A stretch of 64,000 nucleotides of DNA from an uncultured Actinomycetes bacterium (GCA_963704725.1 OY969934.1:1280001-1344000); one strand, 5' to 3'; positions 19,586-29,805 are shown, numbered from the stretch's first letter. Notes: generated by a model not told the origin, from the sequence alone. Numbers and translations are program-made.

Positions 19586-20083
19586 ATGACCGAACCCACG
19601 CCCGGCGCATCGGATCAGCCGCCCCCCGAGGTTCGGCTGCGGGACGTCGAGGAGGCGGACCTCCCCGTCTTCTTCGAGCACCAGCGGGACCCCGAGGCCT
19701 GCCGGCTGGCGGCGTTCGCGCCGCGTGACCGGGAGGCGTTCGACGCGCACTGGGCGAGGATCCTCGGCGACGACCGCGTCGTGGCGAAGACGATCCTGGC
19801 CGGCGGCGTCGTGGCCGGCAACGTCGGGAGCTGGGGGCCGCCCTCGGATCGCCTCGTCGGCTACTGGGTGGGGCAGGACCTGTGGGGGCGGGGGATCGCC
19901 ACCCGGGCGCTCACCGCCTTCCTGTCGCACGAGGACGTGCGGCCGCTGCGGGCCATCGTCGCCCGGCACAACGTGGGCTCGATCCGTGTGCTCGAGAAGT
20001 GCGGCTTCGTCGTGGTCACGGAGCGGGTGGCCGAGGACGGCGTCGAGGAGCTCCTCATGGAGCTGCCGGGCGGCGCGCGCTGA
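19586..20083 (+). CDS. GNAT acetyltransferase (RimJ/RimL-like)
   Basis: GYWVGQDLWGRGIAT, HNVGSIRVLEKCGF; GGAGGG SD. Confidence 0.88.
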   Translation: MTEPTPGASDQPPPEVRLRDVEEADLPVFFEHQRDPEACRLAAFAPRDREAFDAHWARILGDDRVVAKTILAGGVVAGNVGSWGPPSDRLVGYWVGQDLWGRGIATRALTAFLSHEDVRPLRAIVARHNVGSIRVLEKCGFVVVTERVAEDGVEELLMELPGGAR

Positions 20084-20095
20084 TCGGGCGCCGGC

Positions 20096-21445
20096 CTAGT
20101 GGTCCGACGCGCCGCTGAAGTTGAAGGACTCGATCCGAAGACCGGGGACCCGCGAGGCGCTGAAGAAGAACTCGCTGGCGAGCTCGGTGTCGCGTCCGAC
20201 CGCGGTCGTGTTGGACAGCGCCTCGAGGACCGACTGCGTGAACCGCAGGTTCTTCACCGGGTGGGCCACCTCGCCGTGCTCGATGAGGAACGTGCCGTCG
20301 CGGGTCATGCCCGTGATCGTCGACTCGACGGGGTGCACGACGTTCGTGTAGTGGAACCGCGTCACGAGCACGCCCCGCTCCGTGTCCGCGATCATCCGCT
20401 CCACGTCGGAATCGCCCGGCTCCATGAACAGGTTGAGCGGGAACGGGCCCTCGGGGTTGGGGGCGGGCAGGGCGTGGCCCGTGGTCGTCGCGCCCGACTG
20501 CTTCGCCGTGCGCAGGTCGTGGACCCCGCCACGGAACACTCCCCGCTCGACGATCATCACGCGGGCTCGCGGGACACCCTCGAAGTCGAAGGGGATCCCG
20601 AGCGTCCCTTCCTGCCGAGCGTCGTCGTAGATCGTGATGCCCTCGGCGGCCACCCGTTGCCCCTCGCGACCAGACAGGCACGAGCGGCCCTCGAGTAGCA
20701 GCCGGCCTCCGAAGCCGATCCACGCGAGGAGCCCAGCCAGCGTCGAGGTGGCCGACGGCTCGAGCACGACGGGGTACCGCCCGGGCGCCAGATCGCGCGG
20801 GGCCTGGGACGCGACCGCCTTGTCCGCCGCTCGCCGCCCGATCGCGGAGGGGTCGAGCTCCGCCACGGCGGGAGCGAAGACCTCCGCGAAGCCGCTCCCG
20901 CCCTCCCCGCCGCCCACGACCGTCGTCAGCGAGGCGAGGGTCGTGGGGGCCCAGCAGAACTGACCCTCGGTGTTGGCGACGGCGACCTCGCTCGCGGTCG
21001 TCTCGAGCGCGCCCGATGCCGTGAAGCCCCCCGGGCACGCCGCGACGAGCTCGGCGACCCCCGCCGCCCGTCGCTCCGGGCCGACCGTCGCGGTCGCCTC
21101 GTCGAACCCGGACGCGTCCTCGAGCGGCGCGGCCGGGGCGAGCCCCGGGAACATCGGGTCGGGCGCGGCGACCCCCGCCATCTCCCTGGCGCTCTCGGCC
21201 GCCGCGCGGGCGCCCCGCGGGGAGAAGTCGTTGGTCGCGGCGATCCCCGTCCGCCCCCCGGCGACGACGCGGACGCGCAGCTCGGTGTCCTCCCGCCACG
21301 TGCTCTGGTGGATCGCGCTCGAGGCGAAGCGCGTGAGCCCTCCCCATTCGTGCAGGAAGAGGACCTCGACGCCGTCGGCTCCCGGGATCTCGAGCGCGGC
21401 GTCCGCCACGCGGCGGATCTCGTCGGGGCCGACGACGCCCGGCAT
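20096..21445 (-). CDS. TldD/PmbA family protein (TldE-like, non-catalytic partner)
   Basis: LTRFASSAIHQ, PGRYPVVLEP, FDFEG, TGMTRDG, PVKNLRF; no HExxxH motif. Confidence 0.88.
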   Translation of the reverse strand: MPGVVGPDEIRRVADAALEIPGADGVEVLFLHEWGGLTRFASSAIHQSTWREDTELRVRVVAGGRTGIAATNDFSPRGARAAAESAREMAGVAAPDPMFPGLAPAAPLEDASGFDEATATVGPERRAAGVAELVAACPGGFTASGALETTASEVAVANTEGQFCWAPTTLASLTTVVGGGEGGSGFAEVFAPAVAELDPSAIGRRAADKAVASQAPRDLAPGRYPVVLEPSATSTLAGLLAWIGFGGRLLLEGRSCLSGREGQRVAAEGITIYDDARQEGTLGIPFDFEGVPRARVMIVERGVFRGGVHDLRTAKQSGATTTGHALPAPNPEGPFPLNLFMEPGDSDVERMIADTERGVLVTRFHYTNVVHPVESTITGMTRDGTFLIEHGEVAHPVKNLRFTQSVLEALSNTTAVGRDTELASEFFFSASRVPGLRIESFNFSGASDH

Positions 21446-22887
21446 CAGCCCCGGACCCCCACCTGTACGCGGCGGAACCTCGCCGGCGACGCGCCGTGGC
21501 CCACGCGGGCCGTCTGCCCCGGCTGCCCCTTGCCGCAGTTCGGCGTGCCCCACAACGTCCAGTCCTCGCGCCCGCCCACGGCGTCGCACGAGCCCCAGAA
21601 CTCGGTGGTGATCCCGGTGTAGTTGGGGTTGCGGTACATCTCGACGAGCTTGCCTCCGCGGATCCGCCAGGCCACCTCGCACCCGAACTGGAAGTTCACG
21701 CGCTTGTCGTCGATCGACCACGACGTGTTCGTCGACATGAAGATCCCGTCGTCCGTGTCGCCGATGATGTCGGCGAGCGTTCCCTCCCGGGGCTCGATCG
21801 AGATGTTCGTCATGCGGATCAGCGGCAGGTTCTGCCAGCCGTCGGCGCGCATCGCCCCCGAGCTGGGAAGGCCGAGGACGCTGGCCGTCTCGCGGCTCGA
21901 GATGAAGTCCTGGAAGATGCCGTCGACGATGATCGGGGTGCGCTGCGCCGGAACGCCCTCGTCGTCCCACCCGAACGTCCCGAGGCCGCCGGGGAGCGTC
22001 GCGTCCGCCGTGATCGAGACCAGGTCGCTCGCGTAGCGAAGCCGGCCTCGGTCCTCCGGCCGGACGAACGACGAGCCGGCGTAGGCCTCTTCCATCCCCA
22101 GCACCCGGTCGAGCTCCACGGGATGGCCGATCGACTCGTGGACCTGCAGCTCGACCTGGCCGGAGTCGAGCACCAGCGTCGTCACCTCGCTCGGGCACTC
22201 CTTCGCGCCGAGGAGCCGTACGGCCTCGGCGGCGGTGCGCTCGGACTCCTCGATCAGGCCGAGCTTGCGGATGTGCTCCCATCCGGCCGCCGAGATGTGG
22301 CCGCGGAAGGAGTTGGGGAACGACCGGCGCTGGAGCTCCCCGTCGCCGAGCGCCGTCGCCTCGATGCCCCCGCCCGAGTGCACGGAGGTCTGCTCGACCG
22401 CGGTCCCTTCGCTCGTGGCCAGCCACGTGCGACGGCGGAACAGGTCGATCCCGCCCTCCGCGAACGCGAGGCCCTCGACGCCCTGCATCCGCCGGGTCGC
22501 CTCCATCAGGAGCGCGATCTTCTCCTCGAGCGGGACGTGGAACGGGTCCTCCTGCATCGGCGAGTGCCACGAGCCGCTGACGGGCTCGACCTCGGCCAGG
22601 CGGACCGGCTCCATGGGTAGCCGCGAGGCCGCCCGGGCGATCTCCACGGCGAGCTTGGCCGTGCGATCGATCTCGGCGGGCTCCAGGCGCGCCGTGGCGG
22701 CGAAGCCCCAGTACCCGCCGGCCAGGACCCGGATCCCGATGCCCTCCGACGAGGACCGGTCGATGCCCTCCATCACCTGGTTGCGAACGGTGAGCGACTC
22801 GGAGTCGTCGGCGACCACGCGCCCGTCCGCGTAGTCCGCCCCCGCGGCCTTCGCCGCGTCGACGGCCTGCCTCGCGACGTCGAGCAC
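21445..22887 (-). CDS. tldD: TldD metalloprotease
   Basis: HESIGHPVELDR (HExxxH), WDDEG, PLIRMTN, CGKGQPGQ. Confidence 0.92.
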   Translation of the reverse strand: MLDVARQAVDAAKAAGADYADGRVVADDSESLTVRNQVMEGIDRSSSEGIGIRVLAGGYWGFAATARLEPAEIDRTAKLAVEIARAASRLPMEPVRLAEVEPVSGSWHSPMQEDPFHVPLEEKIALLMEATRRMQGVEGLAFAEGGIDLFRRRTWLATSEGTAVEQTSVHSGGGIEATALGDGELQRRSFPNSFRGHISAAGWEHIRKLGLIEESERTAAEAVRLLGAKECPSEVTTLVLDSGQVELQVHESIGHPVELDRVLGMEEAYAGSSFVRPEDRGRLRYASDLVSITADATLPGGLGTFGWDDEGVPAQRTPIIVDGIFQDFISSRETASVLGLPSSGAMRADGWQNLPLIRMTNISIEPREGTLADIIGDTDDGIFMSTNTSWSIDDKRVNFQFGCEVAWRIRGGKLVEMYRNPNYTGITTEFWGSCDAVGGREDWTLWGTPNCGKGQPGQTARVGHGASPARFRRVQVGVRG

Positions 22888-22992
22888 CCGCGCCCCCTCT
22901 TCCCCGATGGACGGCCCGAGCCCCGGGACCGCCGGACAGCCTACCGTGAGGCGCATCCCTCGGGTCCGTCGCGGCGATAGCCTCTTCCCGGC

Positions 22993-23445
22993 GTGAACTG
23001 GTACCTGTTCTGGCGGCTGGTGCACTTCTCGGGAATCGTCGTCTTCGTCGCCGGCCACGGCGTGTCGGCGTCGGTCACGCGGTCCCTTCCGAGGGAGCGC
23101 GATCCGGTCAGGCTCGAGACGCTGCTGCGGCTCTCGCGCTCCACGATCGTGTGGTCGAACGCCGGGCTCGTGGTGCTCGTCGTCGGCGGCGTGGGCAACT
23201 GGATCCACGTGGGGTACTCGCCGAACGGCTGGCTGTGGACGGCCGTCGCAGTGCTGACGCTCCTCGCGGCGCTGGGCCTCGGGGTCGCGTCGCCCTACTT
23301 CCGCCGGATCCGGGCCGCGCTCTCGGCGGGAGACGAGTCGGGGCTCCACACGGCCCTCGCCTCGCCCTTGCCGTGGATGCTGTTCTGGGTGGAGACGGCG
23401 GGCGTCGGCGTGATCCTGTGGCTCATGGTGTACAAGCCGTACTGA
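22993..23445 (+). CDS. Four-helix membrane protein (DUF2269-like)
   Basis: Four hydrophobic segments, an N-terminal His and C-terminal LMVYKP. Confidence 0.65.
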   Translation: MNWYLFWRLVHFSGIVVFVAGHGVSASVTRSLPRERDPVRLETLLRLSRSTIVWSNAGLVVLVVGGVGNWIHVGYSPNGWLWTAVAVLTLLAALGLGVASPYFRRIRAALSAGDESGLHTALASPLPWMLFWVETAGVGVILWLMVYKPY

Positions 23446-23491
23446 GGGATCGGCCCGGGCGCCGGGTCCGGGCCGGAGGGGAGCTGAGCGC

Positions 23492-24685
23492 ATGGCGACG
23501 TACTTCGCGAACGTCACGCTGTTCGACGGACGGACCCTGCGAACCAAGGCGGGCGTGCTCGTCGCCGACGGCCACGTCGACTGGGTCGGGGCGCACGCGC
23601 GGGCTCCTCGGGTCTCGCGCGCCGCGATCGAGGTCGACGGCACCGGCAAGACGCTCTCGCCCGGGCTGATCGACTGCCACGTGCACCTGTGCTTCGACGG
23701 CGGTGCGGACTTCGCGGCCGAGGCGCGAGAGATGACCTCGGACGCCGCGGCCACGGTCAAGGCGGTGCGCAACGCGGCGCGGACGCTCGAGCACGGCGTG
23801 ACCACGGTTCGCGACCTCGGCGGCCGGGGCGACGCCGCGATCCAGGTCGCCCGCGGCGTCGAGCGCGGACTCATCGCGGGCCCCCGGATCCTCGCGGCGG
23901 GGCGCGCCCTCACGATCACCGGCGGTCACGGACACAACGTCGGGATCTCGCGCGAGGTCGACGGCCCGGACGGCGTTCGCAAGGCGGTGCGCGAGGAGAT
24001 CCGCGCCGGCGCCACGGCGATCAAGGTGATCGCCACCGGCGGCGTGCTCACGCCCGGCATCACGCACGACTTCACGGCGTTCACGCAGGAGGAGCTCGAC
24101 GCCGCCGTCGACGAGGCCCACTCGTGGGGACGGGTGGTCGGCGCGCACGCCATCGGCCCGGAGGGGATCCTGCGATCGATCCGGGCGGGCGCGGACTCGA
24201 TCGAGCACGGCTCCATGCTCACGACCGAGGGCGCCCGGCTGATGAAGGAACGGGGGACCTTCCACGTGCCGACGATCTCCGCGATCCGGGGCATGGTCGA
24301 TCACCCCGACGAGGTGCCGGCCTACGCCGTCGAGAAGGCGACGAAGCTCGTGGACGTCGCGCGCGACGCGTTCCGTCGGTCGATCCGCGCCGGCGTTCGG
24401 ATCGCGTGCGGGACCGACGCCGGGACGCCGTTCAACCCCCACGGGAACACGACGCACGAGATCGTCCGCATGGTCGAGTGGGGGCTCACGCCGCTCCGCG
24501 CCATGCAGTCGGCCACCTCGGTCGCCGCGACACTGCTGCAGCTGGAGGGAGCCGGCCGGGTCGAGGCGGGGGCCGACGCCGACCTCGTCCTGTACGACGC
24601 GAACCCCCTCGAGCAGGTCGACGTCGTGCTGAAGCCGGCGATGGTGATGCGGGCCGGCGCGGCGGTTGCCGGGGCCCCGCTCTAG
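23492..24685 (+). CDS. Metal-dependent amidohydrolase (Xaa-Pro dipeptidase-like subgroup)
   Basis: PGLIDCHVH, GVTTVRDLG, ITGGHG, IKVIATGG, AHA, SIEHG, GTDAG. Confidence 0.9.
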   Translation: MATYFANVTLFDGRTLRTKAGVLVADGHVDWVGAHARAPRVSRAAIEVDGTGKTLSPGLIDCHVHLCFDGGADFAAEAREMTSDAAATVKAVRNAARTLEHGVTTVRDLGGRGDAAIQVARGVERGLIAGPRILAAGRALTITGGHGHNVGISREVDGPDGVRKAVREEIRAGATAIKVIATGGVLTPGITHDFTAFTQEELDAAVDEAHSWGRVVGAHAIGPEGILRSIRAGADSIEHGSMLTTEGARLMKERGTFHVPTISAIRGMVDHPDEVPAYAVEKATKLVDVARDAFRRSIRAGVRIACGTDAGTPFNPHGNTTHEIVRMVEWGLTPLRAMQSATSVAATLLQLEGAGRVEAGADADLVLYDANPLEQVDVVLKPAMVMRAGAAVAGAPL

Positions 24686-25773
24686 GCGACGGCCCGGCCG
24701 GCCGCCGAGAAGCGGTGCTCCTGCTCGACCGAATCGCACGGGTTGCCGCGGCCGAAGCGCACCGCCATCTCGGTGAGGTCGGCCACCCACCAGAACGTCG
24801 TCGCCGAGTCGTTCGGGCCCGGCGTCCGTTCGGGGTGGCGGCAGAGACCGTCGGGCTCGTCCCGGTGGTCGGACAGGAACGCGCGCAGGGTCTCGGGGCC
24901 GACGGTGCCGGGCTCGGAGGCCGCGAGGAGCTCGGCGGCGCGCGCGTATCGCCTCGCCGAGTGGACGGCGTACCCGGGGTCGCCCTCGTACCGGCGCATG
25001 CGATCGCAGACGTAGTGGTTGGTGTGCACGAGATGTCCCCGTTCGTCGACGCCGGTGAGCTCGGCGTCGGTGGCCGAGCCCTCGACGTTCACGACCTCGC
25101 CCCCCCTCGTCACGAGCACCTGGTTGTAGCTGGACGCGCGGTCGTGGCGCAGCGCCTCGCCCACCGCCCGGTCGAGCGTCGGCTGGCGGAGCATCGCCCG
25201 GTACTGCACCTCGCGGGGGATGCCGATCCGCTCGTCGAGCGGGGCGAGCTCGTTGCCGCTCATCGAGATGCCGGCGTCGTTCCAACCGCAGCTCACCCAC
25301 ACCCCGTTGCCGATCGAGAAGACGGCCGGCTCGCCCGGCACGGAGACCTCGATCCCGACGAGCTCGTTCTGGTAGGTCCGAGGCATGTCGTTGTTGTGGG
25401 CGACCAGGACGTGGTCGTCGCGCGTGGCGGGGGGGACCGCGACGAGGTCCGTGCACCGGCCGGTCAGCCGGCGGGCGTACGGGACGTACCAGATCTCCTC
25501 GGTGGTGCAGGCGAAGACCGCGAGCGGGTCGACGCCGGCGGACTCGGCCAGACCCTCGAGCTCGTCCGCATACCAGGGGTAGGCAGCCGCCGTGACCTCC
25601 AGGTAGCGCTCGGCCAGCGCGAGCTGCTCGGCCCGCGTCCGCCCCTGGGGGATCTCCTCGCCCTCGAACGCCGCACCGCGGCGGATCGTCTCTGCGCAGA
25701 GCTCGCCGATCCGTGCGCCGATCTCGCGATGCGTGCCGGCGACGCGATGGACCGGGATCGGCAGAGAGGCCAT
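24682..25773 (-). CDS. C45-family autoproteolytic Ntn peptidase/acyltransferase
   Basis: GRCTDL (Cys nucleophile), AHNND, GWNDAG, HTNHY, LSDH, LCRH; TAGACT -10 element 8 nt upstream. Confidence 0.85.
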   Translation of the reverse strand: MASLPIPVHRVAGTHREIGARIGELCAETIRRGAAFEGEEIPQGRTRAEQLALAERYLEVTAAAYPWYADELEGLAESAGVDPLAVFACTTEEIWYVPYARRLTGRCTDLVAVPPATRDDHVLVAHNNDMPRTYQNELVGIEVSVPGEPAVFSIGNGVWVSCGWNDAGISMSGNELAPLDERIGIPREVQYRAMLRQPTLDRAVGEALRHDRASSYNQVLVTRGGEVVNVEGSATDAELTGVDERGHLVHTNHYVCDRMRRYEGDPGYAVHSARRYARAAELLAASEPGTVGPETLRAFLSDHRDEPDGLCRHPERTPGPNDSATTFWWVADLTEMAVRFGRGNPCDSVEQEHRFSAAGRAVA

Positions 25774-25882
25774 CGGCCGGGAGTCTAGGTGGCCTCGCGG
25801 TGGAGGGTCGTCCGTCCCTCTCGGGTCGGGTGCCGGGGCCGAACACTGGTTCCGTAGGGCAACCGGAGGTGACATCGTGGGC

Positions 25883-26401
25883 ATGGAGATCAGGACTGAG
25901 GAAGGTCGCGTTCGGGTCGGCACCGAGGAGTGCTACCGGAACCTCGTCGAGGGGCTGAGGGACGAGCGTGTGCACGTCCGGCTGCTCGCGGTCTGTGGGC
26001 TCGCGGCGTCGGGCGACCCCCGCTCGGTCGAGCACCTCATCGGAGCGCTTCGCGACGAGCACGTCGAGGTCCGCACCCGCGCCGCGTTCGCCCTGGGCCG
26101 GCTGGGCGAGGCCCAGGCCGCGCCGTACCTGATCGAGGCCGCCCGCTCGGACGATCCCGAGCTCCACTGCGCCGCGATCACGGCGCTCGGCGAGCTCGGC
26201 GAGGTCGCGGTGGGTGTCCTGGCCGAGGAGCTGCGGACGGGCGGTCCGGCCGATCGCGTCCGAGCGGCGATCGCGCTCGGCGAGACCCGGACGATCGCGG
26301 CGCTGGAGCATCTGACGGCGGCCCTTGAGGACGAGGACCCGACCGTTCGCGCCCGGGCCCGGGAGGCCGTCGAGAAGATCCGCGAGACGCCGGTCTTCTG
26401 A
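25883..26401 (+). CDS. HEAT-repeat (PBS lyase-like) protein
   Basis: Repeated LRDE.VxVR.xAA.ALG.LG units. Confidence 0.85.
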   Translation: MEIRTEEGRVRVGTEECYRNLVEGLRDERVHVRLLAVCGLAASGDPRSVEHLIGALRDEHVEVRTRAAFALGRLGEAQAAPYLIEAARSDDPELHCAAITALGELGEVAVGVLAEELRTGGPADRVRAAIALGETRTIAALEHLTAALEDEDPTVRARAREAVEKIRETPVF

Positions 26402-26444
26402 ACGAGCCCGGCCGGGTCCCCCCGGACCCGTCTCGCCGCGAGCG

Positions 26445-26960
26445 CTACGCGACCGGCGCGCAGGCGCCGAGCTCGGTGGCGATGGCGTCCGCCCAAGCCC
26501 GGACGTGGCCGAAGTCCCGGAAGTCCTTGCCCAGCCCGGCGTCGATCATCCGCTTCACGACGAACCCCTCCGGGTGCTCGGCGTCGATCCGCCCACCGAA
26601 CGTGGCGTGCGCGTGGAACCCGATGTGATCGGCGTGCGCCCGAACACGCTTGGGAAGCGGGATGTCGCGACGCTCCGCGGAGTCGTCCAAGGGACCGCTC
26701 TGGAACAGCCACACGTCCCGCTCGGCCAGCTCGGCGTCGAATCGGCGCAGGAACGTGAGCGCCTCGTGCCGCCACCGATCCATGTACACCGCGCTGCCGA
26801 GCACGACGGCCCGATAGGGCTCGACGCTGAGGACGTCCTCGACCCGTTCGCGGTCCACCTCCAGGCCCGCCGCGACGAGGCGCTCGGCCACCGCGTCGGC
26901 GATCCCGGCCGTCGAACCCATCTTGCTCGCGAACGCCACCAGCACCTTGGTGCTCTCCAT
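26445..26960 (-). CDS. Flavodoxin-domain protein (HemG-like)
   Basis: VAFASKMGST, VVLGSAVY, WLFQSGP, FGG, DFRDF..VRAWA. Confidence 0.85.
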   Translation of the reverse strand: MESTKVLVAFASKMGSTAGIADAVAERLVAAGLEVDRERVEDVLSVEPYRAVVLGSAVYMDRWRHEALTFLRRFDAELAERDVWLFQSGPLDDSAERRDIPLPKRVRAHADHIGFHAHATFGGRIDAEHPEGFVVKRMIDAGLGKDFRDFGHVRAWADAIATELGACAPVA

Positions 26961-27091
26961 CGGCCCCTCCTCGAGTCCGTCTCAACCTTCGCTCCCCGGG
27001 GGGCGCGCCTGGAGGGACCGTGGTCCGTCCCCGTCGGGGCCGGACGGCCCCGCGGTCGGGGCGTGTCGGAGGGGGCCCCTACGCTGGCCGC

Positions 27092-28102
27092 ATGCAGACG
27101 CTGGGGTACGTGGCGCTCGCGCTGGCGGCCGGGGCCGCGCTCGGTGCGGTGCTGGCGCGAGCCGGTCGCCGACCGGGGGAGGACGACATCGGCGGCGCCG
27201 GGACCCAAGCTCGGATCGAGGCCCGGCTCGAGGTCCAGGCCGCCGAGCTGCGGCGTCTGGCCGACGGCTCGGCCGCCCGGGACGGTGGGGCGCAGGAGGT
27301 CCGCCGCGAGCTCGCGTCCGCGCGGCAGGCGCTCGAGCGGCTCGCCCTGAGCGAGGAGGACCGCAGGGAGCGCGAGCGCGAGTCCTGGGACGTGGTTCGC
27401 CGCTTGTCCACCGTGCTCGCCGGCGGCGCGTCGAAGGGCCGGGCCGGCGAGAACGTCCTCCGCGAGCATCTCGCGCAGCTCCCACCGGGCATGCTGGTGA
27501 CCGACCTCCGCGTGAACGGCAAGGTCGTCGAGTTCGGCCTGGAGCTGCCCGACGGACGGCGTCTGCCGGTCGACTCCAAGTGGACGGCCGTGGCGGAGCT
27601 CGAGGCGCTCGAGGCCTGCGAGGAGCCGGGGGAGCGCGAACGCATCGCCCGCGAGATCGAGCGGCACGTCGCCCACCGCGCCCGCGAGGTCGCGCAGTAC
27701 CTCGATCCTGCGATCACGGCGCCGGTCGCGGTCGCGGCGATCCCGGATGCGGCCTACGCCGTCCTGCGTCGCGCGCACGCCGACGCGTTCGCGCGGGGCG
27801 TCGTCATCGTGCCGTACTCGACGGCCCTGCCCGTGCTCCTGTTCCTGTACCGGCTCGTCTATCGGCTCGGCGACGCCGACGACGCCCGCGCCGCGCTCGA
27901 GGAGGTGGCCGCGCTGCTCGACGCGCTGGAGGGCGTGCTCGAGAACAAGGTGGCCCGGGCCGGCGCGATGATCGCGAACGCGGCCGACGAGCTGCGGTCG
28001 GGCATCGGCAAGGCGCGAGGCTCGGTCGCTCGGGGGCGGGTCCTCACCCGCCCGGCACAGGCGCCTCCGCTTGCCGAGGGGGTCCTGAAGGCGGTTCCCT
28101 AG
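27092..28102 (+). CDS. rmuC: RmuC-family protein
   Basis: N-terminal TM, coiled coil, KGRAGE, VEF..LPDG..LPVDSK nuclease-like motif; TACGCT -10 element 6 nt upstream. Confidence 0.8.
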   Translation: MQTLGYVALALAAGAALGAVLARAGRRPGEDDIGGAGTQARIEARLEVQAAELRRLADGSAARDGGAQEVRRELASARQALERLALSEEDRRERERESWDVVRRLSTVLAGGASKGRAGENVLREHLAQLPPGMLVTDLRVNGKVVEFGLELPDGRRLPVDSKWTAVAELEALEACEEPGERERIAREIERHVAHRAREVAQYLDPAITAPVAVAAIPDAAYAVLRRAHADAFARGVVIVPYSTALPVLLFLYRLVYRLGDADDARAALEEVAALLDALEGVLENKVARAGAMIANAADELRSGIGKARGSVARGRVLTRPAQAPPLAEGVLKAVP

Positions 28103-28131
28103 TCGTTCGGACGGACGAGGAGGCGAGCCGC

Positions 28132-28449
28132 ATGATCGCGAGGACCTGGCGGGGATGGACGAGCACATCCGACGCGGACCGGTACGTCGAGTACCTGCAG
28201 GAGACCGGCGTGAAGGAGTACCGGGAGACGCCGGGGAACCGCGGCGTGTTCATGCTGCGCCGCGTCGACGCAGACCGGGTGGAGTTCCTCCTCCTCACGC
28301 TGTGGGACTCGATCGAGGCGGTTCGGGCGTTCTCGGGACCGGACGAGCGCGTCGCCGTGTTCTACCCGGAGGACGACGCGTTCCTCGTCGATCGCGAGCG
28401 CCACGCCGACCACTTCGAGGTGCTCGCGTCGCCGGACGATTTCCGCTGA
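28132..28449 (+). CDS. Antibiotic-biosynthesis-monooxygenase-like (dimeric alpha/beta barrel) protein
   Basis: MIARTWRG, TPGNRG, TLWDSIEAVRAFSG, AVFYPEDD. Confidence 0.8.
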   Translation: MIARTWRGWTSTSDADRYVEYLQETGVKEYRETPGNRGVFMLRRVDADRVEFLLLTLWDSIEAVRAFSGPDERVAVFYPEDDAFLVDRERHADHFEVLASPDDFR

Positions 28450-28705
28450 CCACGCCGACGGTCTTGGACGAGGTGCTCGGGAGGCTCGATTCGTCAAGGA
28501 TCGGAGCGCCTGCACCGCGACCTCCAGCTGTTCGTGGCGCAACCGGACCAATGCCTGAGCTGGCCGTCCAGGGATTCGAGGACGGGACCGCGGAGTTCGC
28601 GGTCGGGCGTACCTTTCCACGACGGTTCCCATTCGGCTCCGACGCAACGCAGAATCTCTTCACAACCAGGGTTCGCGAGGAGTTCATCGGCTCACCGTCA
28701 CGACG

Positions 28706-28745
28706 CGAAGGCGTTGCTCCGGCACGAAGGCGTTGCTCCGGCACG
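28706..28745. repeat. 19-bp direct tandem duplication
   Basis: cgaaggcgttgctccggca occurs at 28706-28724 and again at 28725-28743. Confidence 0.9.
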
Positions 28746-28857
28746 GAGGGTGAAGGAATCCGGGTGCAGTCGTGCAGCCTCGCAATGGCGGGAGCCCGCC
28801 GTCACAAATGAGCTTGCTTCGTACGGACGTCCTCGGGTTCGAACGATGCTGGCGCCG

Positions 28858-29151
28858 TCACCCAAGCGGGGGCGAGGAGGTCGGTCCGTCATCCAGAACC
28901 CGGCGATACGGTGGACGCCGGCTCTGACCGAGTGGCCGGTCCTTGTTGGCGTACATGACGGCGGCCACGGCGGCGACTGGCCCAACGTAGATGGCGCCGA
29001 CGCCAACCCCCCAGACGACGATGACGAAGAGGACATGGCTGGCTTCGACGGGGCCCCATATCAGCGCAACGAGAAACGAAACGGCGACGGTGAAGGAAAG
29101 GCCAACGAGCCATCCGAGGGCGGCGTATCGGACCGTCCTCCATCCACCCAT
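28858..29151 (-). CDS. Small hypothetical membrane protein in the AT-richer islet
   Basis: 97-aa ORF with two long hydrophobic segments; atypical codon usage. Confidence 0.45.
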   Translation of the reverse strand: MGGWRTVRYAALGWLVGLSFTVAVSFLVALIWGPVEASHVLFVIVVWGVGVGAIYVGPVAAVAAVMYANKDRPLGQSRRPPYRRVLDDGPTSSPPLG

Positions 29152-29253
29152 ATCCCAAGCATGGGGGACCGGGGCGTGAGCGGCAAGGGATGAACGGCCA
29201 GAAGTCCTCCGATGGATGGCCAGTTCTCGGACGCCGCCAATGGAACGGGAACG

Positions 29254-29805
29254 CTATGGATCGGAGAGGTCGGCCGGCGTCGTGGTCGAGGTCTCCCAGT
29301 CCCCGCGCAGGATGGCGTAGCCGAGCCCGTCGAGCCGGACGCCGTCGGCGTCCGGGGGCCACGCCTGCCGGTAGACCGCCTCCTTCGTCCATCCCGCGCG
29401 GACGAACGCGTGCCGCATGGCGAGGTTGTCGCGGCGGGTCTGACCCTCGATCCGCCACCGATCGGGATGACGCCGGAAGAACTCGTCGGTGATGAAGCGG
29501 ATGGCGGCGACGCCGAGGCCGCGTCCGCGCCAACGTTCTCGGATCCGGATGTCGAGGGAGGGGTCTTCCCACGGCTCGGCGACGGCGTCGAGGCGCACCA
29601 GCCCGGCGTCCTCGCCCTCGGTCTCGACGAAGAACGTCAGATCGTTGCCGCCGCCGTAGTCGCCGTCGGCGATCAAGGCCAGCACGTCCTCCCGCGTGAA
29701 CGACGTCTTCACCCGCCGGGGCCACGGCTCGCTCGTCAACAGCTCGACGAGCGCCTCGTCGTCCCGGCCGGGCACGTACTCCCGGAACGTGGTCGGGTCC
29801 GCCAT
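29254..29805 (-). CDS. GNAT acetyltransferase (RimL-like)
   Basis: DIRIRERWRGRGLG, TRRDNLAMR, KEAVYRQAWP. Confidence 0.88.
   Translation of the reverse strand: MADPTTFREYVPGRDDEALVELLTSEPWPRRVKTSFTREDVLALIADGDYGGGNDLTFFVETEGEDAGLVRLDAVAEPWEDPSLDIRIRERWRGRGLGVAAIRFITDEFFRRHPDRWRIEGQTRRDNLAMRHAFVRAGWTKEAVYRQAWPPDADGVRLDGLGYAILRGDWETSTTTPADLSDP

Noticed and set aside
28706-28745. Direct repeat as a possible CRISPR array or att site
   Set aside because: Only two abutting copies with no spacer, and no cas or integrase gene nearby.
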